A DNA stretch of 64,000 nucleotides from a virus. The notes under the pieces are model-generated. The model was given only the letters and a program-made list of their open reading frames with translations, did not search any database and was not told where the DNA came from. Of the stretch, positions 46,828 to 53,962 are shown one piece after another. A program made the position numbers and the translations under genes. The first letter of the stretch is position 1. Each line of letters begins with the position of its first letter. The DNA is taken from the IMG/VR virus record IMGVR_UViG_3300042892_003815, positions 1 through 64,000 of that record; one strand, given 5' to 3'.

Positions 46828-47202
46828 ATGCTATATATGTACTTAAATAATAAAGAATTATACATCGAGATTATTGTGTCAAAGGCACAAGGTCGACTAA
46901 CAAGAAATGCGGAGAAAATGCTAGAGTTACTAGCAAAAAAGACAATAAGAAAAATGAGATACTGGTCAAATGATGATAAGTTAGATTGCTACCAAAGTGG
47001 TCTACTAGATATGTTTCAAAACTGGTTCAACTTTAATGAAGACAAATCAATCAATGCATTTGCGTATTTTACCGAAATATTTAAAAGAGGTTTGGCTAAA
47101 GGATGGAATGACCTTTATAAAAAGAAAGGAGATAACGAACATTTGATTAAACTTATTTCAATAAACGGTGCTAATGATGGAAATGGATTACACTCAATAT
47201 AA
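46828..47202 (+). CDS. gp55: late transcription sigma factor (T4 gp55-like, short)
   Basis: YLNNKELY, NFNEDKSINAFAYFTEI match gp55 YVNNKEL and NF-x-x-x-KS-x-NPFAYFTQI. Confidence 0.8.
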   Translation: MLYMYLNNKELYIEIIVSKAQGRLTRNAEKMLELLAKKTIRKMRYWSNDDKLDCYQSGLLDMFQNWFNFNEDKSINAFAYFTEIFKRGLAKGWNDLYKKKGDNEHLIKLISINGANDGNGLHSI

Positions 47203-47317
47203 GATACAAACATTTGATATAGTGACTGATCCAGGATTTGGATCAGTCAGTATAAAAAATTTATCTACTAAGAATTATATAAGAATGAAAATAATAAGAA
47301 ACTTATTTATTTTTTAG
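47183..47317 (+). CDS. 44-aa peptide containing prohead-protease C-terminal motif (not in ORF track)
   Basis: MDYTQYKIQTFDIVTDPGFGSVSIKNLSTKNYIRMKIIRNLFIF; 9/12 identity to TYDIVADPGFAS of 53963..56182. Confidence 0.6.
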   Translation: MDYTQYKIQTFDIVTDPGFGSVSIKNLSTKNYIRMKIIRNLFIF

Positions 47318-47343
47318 TATAGAATACTTTTAAACAATTTTTT

Positions 47344-47637
47344 ATGAATAAAGTTTATCTTCAAATCTGGGAAGAGTCAATTAGTAATGAGGGAATAAGA
47401 CCTGATGGTTGTTCACTACATATCGATCTAGAGTCAAATCAAAAATATTTAAAATCAATCTATGAATTTAGAGAGAATTTAAAAATACCAAATGATTATG
47501 ATTCTGCCGTTGGAGAACCAATAGAGGTTTTAGTAAATGATTCAGTTTACGTCTTAGTAAAGGTGGATAAAACAATTAGATTATTACAAAATGAGTTTAA
47601 TAATCTAATACAATTAAAAGATATATTAGTGCAATGA
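47344..47637 (+). CDS. hypothetical protein
   Basis: 97-aa ORF. Confidence 0.65.
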   Translation: MNKVYLQIWEESISNEGIRPDGCSLHIDLESNQKYLKSIYEFRENLKIPNDYDSAVGEPIEVLVNDSVYVLVKVDKTIRLLQNEFNNLIQLKDILVQ

Positions 47638-47969
47638 TTATAGTTTACGACTTGCTACCAATAATATTTATTTTAAATATTATTTATTTTATAAAAAATA
47701 GAGATTATCTACAAAAAAGTTATTCTGAAAAAGATACATCGATAATTAGAGGTAGCGATTTAGTATATTATTATGTAAACCTAATTTATTATCTCTTTAT
47801 ATTTTTTGGATTACTAATAGATAATACTTATTGGTTATTACTTTTGGCTTATTTTATTAAATTTCCAATTTATCATATAAATAAAAGATTTTATAGAATC
47901 TACTCCTATTTGTATCCTTATATAAGTATAGTATTTTTATTATATCTACTATATTCCAAACTTTTTTAA
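47634..47969 (+). CDS. small multi-pass membrane protein
   Basis: Three to four hydrophobic segments; ATGA overlap. Confidence 0.65.
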   Translation: MIIVYDLLPIIFILNIIYFIKNRDYLQKSYSEKDTSIIRGSDLVYYYVNLIYYLFIFFGLLIDNTYWLLLLAYFIKFPIYHINKRFYRIYSYLYPYISIVFLLYLLYSKLF

Positions 47970-48476
47970 GTGTTGTTCAGTTATGATAATAAAATCATAG
48001 CCTTTCTTATCACACCAAGATATCATAGTCTCCCATTTATTCTTATTCTTATAAGCCATTTTAAGGTCATACTCGAAGTTCTTTAACTTCTTTAAACCAT
48101 TTGTAGGAACATTCATTTTACCTTCTTTTAAATCAATTACCATTTGATATTCTTTCATTGGTTTTACTTCAACTACAACTCTTTTTCTACTACCATCTGC
48201 AAGTTGCATTTCATAATAAAAGTCTGGATAGTAACAGTGTTCTTTAACTTTCATATCACCATTATCAAAATGAGTCATTTGGTAAGGTATTTTAAGACAC
48301 TCTGCACCCCACATTAAAATATTTGAGTTATTATCTAACCAAGTCATTATTCTTTTCTCCCAAGAGCTTCTAAAGTAAACACCACCATTGGTATTTAGTT
48401 TCATTACTTTATCCTTATTTGTAGGGATGAAATTTCCCTGATTATAGTTCTTATTATTTGGTTTTGAATTTATCAT
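47949..48476 (-). CDS. gp4: head completion nuclease (T4 gp4-like, TnsA-type PD-(D/E)XK)
   Basis: FRSSWE, W-x-x-E, YYPDF, VEVKP, KW...W. Confidence 0.8.
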   Translation of the reverse strand: MINSKPNNKNYNQGNFIPTNKDKVMKLNTNGGVYFRSSWEKRIMTWLDNNSNILMWGAECLKIPYQMTHFDNGDMKVKEHCYYPDFYYEMQLADGSRKRVVVEVKPMKEYQMVIDLKEGKMNVPTNGLKKLKNFEYDLKMAYKNKNKWETMISWCDKKGYDFIIITEQHLKKFGI

Positions 48477-48506
48477 ATTTTATATATAAATAAAAATAAT
48501 TCTCTT

Positions 48507-49211
48507 ATGGCGGTTGTTGATTCTTTATTAGAACGTATTAAACTAGCATTACTTTATAATGGAAATGGTATAGTTGAGAATTTTAAAAATAATTCTTTAT
48601 TTTTTTATAATAAATATAATAAATCAGGTAAAGATGTTGAATCTATAAATATTAAAGATATTTACCCTGGTGGTTTTTACTTTTTTCATTATAAAGATGA
48701 TTCTAATTGGATGAAATATGCACCAGTATTTGTTGTTGATTTTAAAAAATTTGAAGATAAAGTAATTTTATTTGCAGTGAATTTTAATTTTATTCCAATG
48801 GAAATAAGAGCTCAGATATTTGATAAGTATATACAACCAAATGATTTTGAAAATAATAATTTCTTAAAAGTAAATTATGAAGGAATGTATAAAGAACTAT
48901 TAAATTCTGGATTTGAATACGCTTTGATGGAATTTAATGCAATACAATTAGTTCTAGTTCATAGAATACATTTAGAATTACTACCTAGATTTCTTTATTC
49001 ACAACATCCTATAAACAAATATGACCCACAAAAACTAGTACAAATTTGGCAAGCAAAACTTTCTAGTAGAAATGAAAGACACAAAGAAGTAATCTCATCT
49101 ATTTTAAGTGATTTTTATGACGTAAATAATGAAATATCGGATAAATATAATGTTATGAGAGATCATATAAAACGTCTACAGACCAGTCTGAATAAGTACG
49201 GGAAGAGGTAA
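48507..49211 (+). CDS. gp2: DNA end protector (T4 gp2-like)
   Basis: PGGFYFFHYKD, YAPVFV, FAVNFNFIP..R; divergent from gp4-like and upstream of portal. Confidence 0.65.
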   Translation: MAVVDSLLERIKLALLYNGNGIVENFKNNSLFFYNKYNKSGKDVESINIKDIYPGGFYFFHYKDDSNWMKYAPVFVVDFKKFEDKVILFAVNFNFIPMEIRAQIFDKYIQPNDFENNNFLKVNYEGMYKELLNSGFEYALMEFNAIQLVLVHRIHLELLPRFLYSQHPINKYDPQKLVQIWQAKLSSRNERHKEVISSILSDFYDVNNEISDKYNVMRDHIKRLQTSLNKYGKR

Positions 49212-49263
49212 AATAGGAAAACTCAAAATTTAATATATACATAAATTTTAAAATTTAATACAT

Positions 49264-51033
49264 ATGGCATCTTATAATAACTTCAGTCAAGAAAATCAAA
49301 ATAACGTTGGATCAAACTTTGCGATGGTAAATTCATCTGGAGTTGAGAATAAAGGTTTATTTAGTAGGATTTTGAGAAACTTATCATCATACGGAATGAA
49401 CTTCGATGATATGATTGTTAGAAATCAAGTAGGTATTGGTATCAATGAAGATCCATATGCGGCTAAAGGAAATTCGATGTACGACTTCTTCTCCCAGCGA
49501 GCCGTTGCATCAGTATTAAACAGAAAATCAATACCTTATCTAGACAAAGCTTACGCAGACAAGAGAAGAATTTTAAGAGAGTATTCAGTTAAAGACGAGA
49601 TTAGAGACTTTATAAGCACGATTGCAGACGAATGTATAGTATATAATGATGAAAAGGACTTCTGTTCTATTACGGCTCTTCCAACGTCTTATTCACAGGA
49701 AGTACAAGATAAGTACCAAGAGTATTTTGAAAAAATTTATAATAGGTTTGGATTTGCGGATAATATAACAGCTTGGAACATGATGAAAGACTTCTTGATT
49801 GATGGTTATTTGGCACTTGAGATTATTTACGATGATAAAAAGAAGAATATTATTGGATTTAATAGAATTAGACCAGAGACAGTAGTTCCTGCATATGAGC
49901 CGAGTATAGGACACTTATGGATTCAGTTTCCTGAAGATCCACAATTAAGAAGAATATTTCTAGATTCACAATTAGTTTATATTTCATATTCAACTCAAAA
50001 TGAATTTTCTGAGACATCGTATATAGAAGGTTTAATTAAGCCTTATAATCAATTAAAGATTTTACAACAAACAAGAATAATGTTTAACATTATCAATGCT
50101 ACTGTTTATCAAAAGTTTACTATTCCTATTAAAGGTATGTCTAGACAAAGAGCGGAGGAACAAATAGGTCAATTAATACATGATTATTCAGAAGAAGTAG
50201 AATGGGATGAATCATTAGGCACAATGACTATTAATGGTTCTAAACACTTACCTTACAACAAACAAATTTGGTTCCCTGAAGGGGATGGTGGTACACCTAA
50301 TATGGAATTAGTTTCTCCAACTGGACATAACTTAAATGATGACTCAATGTTGGATTGGTTCTTCAAAGCTTTAAAAAGATCTTCTAAGATTCCAATGTCA
50401 AGATTTGAAAGTGATAATGGTGGTGGTAATTTAGTTACTGATGCTGCTGAGATGACAAGAGATGAGATTAAATTTCATAACTTTATTAGTAGGTTAAGAG
50501 CAAATTTCAAAGAATTGATTGTTAAACCATTGAGACTACAAATGTTGATAGAGTTTCCTGAGTTTATAGAGGATGAATTCTTTACAAATGCGGTGGATAT
50601 TACTTTCTTCTCAAATCAAGTATTTGAAGAATGGAAGAAATTAAATAATTTAGAAAAGAAAGCAGGTATTGTTGGTACAATGCTTGGTGTGATGAATGGT
50701 GAAAAACCTTACTTTCATATTGAGTGGATTATGGATAATATCTTTAAACTTAGTCCTGAGGAAAAGGCGGAAAATCAAAAATACTGGGATAAAGACGCTA
50801 TGAACGCAGCCGCTGGTGCAACTGGTGAGCCTGGAATGCCATCGGAAGGTGGTGGAGGTGGCGTTGGAATGCCAGAAGGTGGTGCTCCAGAAGGTGGTGG
50901 TCAAATAGCTCCAGAAGGTGGTGGTCAATCTGCTCCAGAAGGTGGTGGTCAATCTGCTCCACAGACTACACCACAAGCTGCACCTGAAGCACCTGCTCCT
51001 GAAGCACCGGGTGGTGGAGAGTTTGAATTCTAA
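49264..51033 (+). CDS. gp20: portal protein (T4 gp20-like)
   Basis: EIRDFISTIADECIV, FLIDG, SYIEGLIKPYNQLK, WFPEGDGG, FFKALKRSSKIPMSRF, TRDEIKFHNFISRLR. Confidence 0.93.
   Translation: MASYNNFSQENQNNVGSNFAMVNSSGVENKGLFSRILRNLSSYGMNFDDMIVRNQVGIGINEDPYAAKGNSMYDFFSQRAVASVLNRKSIPYLDKAYADKRRILREYSVKDEIRDFISTIADECIVYNDEKDFCSITALPTSYSQEVQDKYQEYFEKIYNRFGFADNITAWNMMKDFLIDGYLALEIIYDDKKKNIIGFNRIRPETVVPAYEPSIGHLWIQFPEDPQLRRIFLDSQLVYISYSTQNEFSETSYIEGLIKPYNQLKILQQTRIMFNIINATVYQKFTIPIKGMSRQRAEEQIGQLIHDYSEEVEWDESLGTMTINGSKHLPYNKQIWFPEGDGGTPNMELVSPTGHNLNDDSMLDWFFKALKRSSKIPMSRFESDNGGGNLVTDAAEMTRDEIKFHNFISRLRANFKELIVKPLRLQMLIEFPEFIEDEFFTNAVDITFFSNQVFEEWKKLNNLEKKAGIVGTMLGVMNGEKPYFHIEWIMDNIFKLSPEEKAENQKYWDKDAMNAAAGATGEPGMPSEGGGGGVGMPEGGAPEGGGQIAPEGGGQSAPEGGGQSAPQTTPQAAPEAPAPEAPGGGEFEF
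50884..50960 (+). repeat. 24-bp tandem repeats encoding APEGGGQ(I/S)
   Basis: GCTCCAGAAGGTGGTGGTCAA x3 in portal C-terminal tail. Confidence 0.85.
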
Positions 51034-51039
51034 TATAAA

Positions 51040-51071
51040 TAAAAAATCCTTTCAATTTGAAAGGATTTTTT
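51040..51071. terminator. bidirectional terminator
   Basis: AAAAAATCCTTTCA-ATT-TGAAAGGATTTTTT. Confidence 0.85.
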
Positions 51072-51073
51072 AT

Positions 51074-51493
51074 TTATGCTACATTTTTTGGTGTCTCTAT
51101 TATAAAGTTTAAATTTTTATCATATATAAATTGACTTACTTTAACTTCCATACCTACCTGTATCATTGTTTTGACTATCTTACCACATTCTGTATCAAGT
51201 ACTTTAGATTTTAAAGTAAGTTTATCAATCTTATTATTATTTATTATAAATGTCATTCCGTTTACAGAGCAACATACTTTTTGTAAGGATATCTGATGAC
51301 TATGCTGATCATCGAGTGTAATATATTTCTGAATATCATCAATATCAAACTGTATTTTTTTACTACCTTCTAAAAGATAGTTTAATTTTATCTCACGATA
51401 AATGGATTTCCACGTTGGATAACTAGAAAGTGCTAAATTATAATCATCAAATTCTAAATCACTACCTAATATGACATCAAATAGATAGTCCAT
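51074..51493 (-). CDS. catalytically dead prohead-protease-like protein
   Basis: LDDQHSHQISLQKV...KSKVLDTECGKIVKTMIQVGMEVKVSQF aligns with protease FDHPDVFDTSLSRA...IKLLSTYWGKEAKSLVDDGCPVFVSSR. Confidence 0.65.
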   Translation of the reverse strand: MDYLFDVILGSDLEFDDYNLALSSYPTWKSIYREIKLNYLLEGSKKIQFDIDDIQKYITLDDQHSHQISLQKVCCSVNGMTFIINNNKIDKLTLKSKVLDTECGKIVKTMIQVGMEVKVSQFIYDKNLNFIIETPKNVA

Positions 51494-53376
51494 TAGAACA
51501 ATTCAAAGTCAATTTGTTTTCTATCTAAGTCAACTGCTTTAACAATTACTTTTACTTCATCACCTAATCTTACTGATCCACCTGATTTTAAATTTACTGT
51601 ATAGTTTTCTGCATCTACTTTATGATTTCCATTATATCTAACCATACCTTCACATTTACTTTCAATAAGTTCAACATACATTCCCCAGTCAGTTACTCCT
51701 GATATAATTCCATCAAATACTTGTCCGATTTTATCTTCTAAGAATTCAATTTGTTTATATTTAATAGAGTCTCTCTGTGCCTTTGCTGCTAATATTTCTC
51801 TTTCAGAACACCATTTAGCCATACCTTCAATTTTTTGAGGACTTCCATTAGATTTCTTATTTAAGAAGTCTAATAAGACTCTATGAGTAATTAAATCCGG
51901 ATATCTTCTAATTGGTGAAGTAAAGTGAGAATAGTGAGTAAACCCTAATCCATAGTGTCCAGAGTTTACTATTGTATAACTTGCTTTAGACATACATCTT
52001 GTGATTAAAGTTTCTATCATATTTTCTTCTGGTTTACCTTTTATATCAGCAACTAATTCATTTATAGATTTTTTCAAATCTTGTGTATTTTCAACAACAT
52101 CTAAAGTATAACCAAAGTTTTTACATATTAGAGAAAGTGCTTCTAACTTTTCGACATTAGGAGTACTATGCACTCTATAAACATTGTGATACTTAGCATC
52201 ATAAAGAAGTTTTGCGACTAATTTATTTGCAAGTAACATATATTCTTCAATTAGTTTATTTGCATCTTTCTGTTCTTTGAAGAAAACCCCAATAGGTTTC
52301 TTAGTAGTTGGTTCTAATTTGAATCTAACTTCTATACCACCCATTTCGATAGAACCATCACTAATTCTTTGTTTTCTCATTTTTTTAGCAATAGTATCTA
52401 ATAATAGTATTTCTGTTTTGAAATCTCCTTCTTTACCTTCAATTATCTCTTGTGCTTCTTCATAAGAATATCTTCTATCTGAATGTATAACCGTTTTTCC
52501 AAACCATTTATCTAATAGTTTTCCTTCACTATCTAGTTTAACTATAACTGAGAAGCAAAGCTTATCTTCATTAGGTCTTAATGAACATACACCATTACTC
52601 AACCTTTCTGGTAACATTGGTACACATCTATCAACTAAGTAAACAGAGGTTGCTCTTTTAATAGCTTCTTCATCAATTATACCACCTTCTTTAACATAAT
52701 GTGAAACATCTGCGATATGTATACCTACTTCTACTGTATTATCATCAAGTATATTAACCGAAAGAGCGTCGTCAAAATCTTTGGCGTCAACTGGATCAAT
52801 TGTAAATGTTGTAATATTTCTTAAATCTCGTCTGTTATTGATTTCTGATTCAGGAATTGTAAAGTCTATCAATTCCGCTTCGGCTTCTACCATTAAAGGA
52901 AAGTTGTTTGGTAAACCGTACTCATACATTATTGAGTTCATTTCTGTATTATTGTCACCTGAACTACCAAGTATTTCTACTATTTTTGCTTTAGGCGATT
53001 TTGTTCCTGGTTCCCAGTCAATTAGTTCGACAAGAACTTTTTGATCGTGTGTTGCGTCGTGTTCTCCTTTTATATAAAAGTCAACCGCAATTTTTTGACT
53101 ATCTGGTACTACAAATATAAGTCTTTTATTTTCTTTGTTTATTTGTACCTTACCAACAAATTGAGTCCTAAATCTTTCAAGAACTTCTATAACTTCGGCT
53201 TCAATTTTGTTGTTCTTAGTTATTATTTTAATTTTAACTTTATCACCATTAAGTGAGTTAAGTGTATTTTTCTTAAATATGAAGATATTTTTATCTTCTA
53301 TATTTATAGAGGCATTTCCGCTGTTTGCGAAATCGATAGTGCCTTCAAAAACACTATCTTCTTTAATTTTATTCAT
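51493..53376 (-). CDS. rnr: ribonuclease R (RNB family exoribonuclease)
   Basis: TIDPVDAKDFDDAL, HIADVSHYV, YSHFTSPIRRYPDL, cold-shock domains and C-terminal S1. Confidence 0.93.
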   Translation of the reverse strand: MNKIKEDSVFEGTIDFANSGNASINIEDKNIFIFKKNTLNSLNGDKVKIKIITKNNKIEAEVIEVLERFRTQFVGKVQINKENKRLIFVVPDSQKIAVDFYIKGEHDATHDQKVLVELIDWEPGTKSPKAKIVEILGSSGDNNTEMNSIMYEYGLPNNFPLMVEAEAELIDFTIPESEINNRRDLRNITTFTIDPVDAKDFDDALSVNILDDNTVEVGIHIADVSHYVKEGGIIDEEAIKRATSVYLVDRCVPMLPERLSNGVCSLRPNEDKLCFSVIVKLDSEGKLLDKWFGKTVIHSDRRYSYEEAQEIIEGKEGDFKTEILLLDTIAKKMRKQRISDGSIEMGGIEVRFKLEPTTKKPIGVFFKEQKDANKLIEEYMLLANKLVAKLLYDAKYHNVYRVHSTPNVEKLEALSLICKNFGYTLDVVENTQDLKKSINELVADIKGKPEENMIETLITRCMSKASYTIVNSGHYGLGFTHYSHFTSPIRRYPDLITHRVLLDFLNKKSNGSPQKIEGMAKWCSEREILAAKAQRDSIKYKQIEFLEDKIGQVFDGIISGVTDWGMYVELIESKCEGMVRYNGNHKVDAENYTVNLKSGGSVRLGDEVKVIVKAVDLDRKQIDFELF

Positions 53377-53764
53377 TATTTAATTTTTTTTTGTTTTTAG
53401 AAATGTTATCTACTCCATACTTCTGTACTAATGTTTTCTTCATCTTTTCTAAAACTTTTTTATTCTGTATCGGATAATCAACTCCGAAATTTTTTCTTAA
53501 TGTTTCTTTTCTTTTAACTTCAGAACACCTTCTACAATAATAATCTCCCCAATCATTATCATATTTTAAGTAGTTCTTATAGATTACTTCTTTTTCAATT
53601 CCACAAGTGTCACATTTACACTTGATTTTGTAGTGTGATCCTTTTGGTAGTAATTCAACTGGAATTACAATTTCTTCACTTATATATACATCATATCCTA
53701 AATCATCATAATAGTTGTAATTTGATTCAGTGATTTTCACATTTATCTCTCTTGATAGGATCAT
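53369..53764 (-). CDS. zinc-ribbon protein with KYGVDN-type repeats (homing-endonuclease-associated domain, no nuclease)
   Basis: KCDTCG...YCRRC, NFGVDYP, KYGVDN; overlaps rnr start. Confidence 0.6.
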   Translation of the reverse strand: MILSREINVKITESNYNYYDDLGYDVYISEEIVIPVELLPKGSHYKIKCKCDTCGIEKEVIYKNYLKYDNDWGDYYCRRCSEVKRKETLRKNFGVDYPIQNKKVLEKMKKTLVQKYGVDNISKNKKKLNNE

Positions 53765-53823
53765 AAAAAACCGCATTTTTTTAAGTATTTATTAAATATG
53801 GCGTTTCTCCTCCAAAACTTTTA

Positions 53824-53831
53824 CAAAGATA
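53824..53831 (-). promoter_or_regulatory. Bacteroidota -7 element TATCTTTG driving zinc-ribbon/rnr operon
   Basis: TAnnTTTG consensus; -33 element only partial. Confidence 0.5.
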
Positions 53832-53962
53832 AAAAATCCACTTGATATACCTAATAAAAATAAAAAAAATATTTTTACCATAAAAAATCCACCTTTAAAA
53901 TTTTATTGTTTTCCAGGTTAAATATATACCATCGTAATAACTACAAAAAATAATTATTTTAA

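Noticed and set aside
47949-48476. Tn7 TnsA transposase / mobile element
   Set aside because: Stand-alone TnsA-like fold next to gp2-like and portal genes matches T4 gp4; no TnsB/C or terminal repeats.
53369-53764. Homing endonuclease
   Set aside because: Only zinc-ribbon and KYGVDN-type repeats; no HNH, GIY-YIG or PD-(D/E)XK catalytic domain visible.
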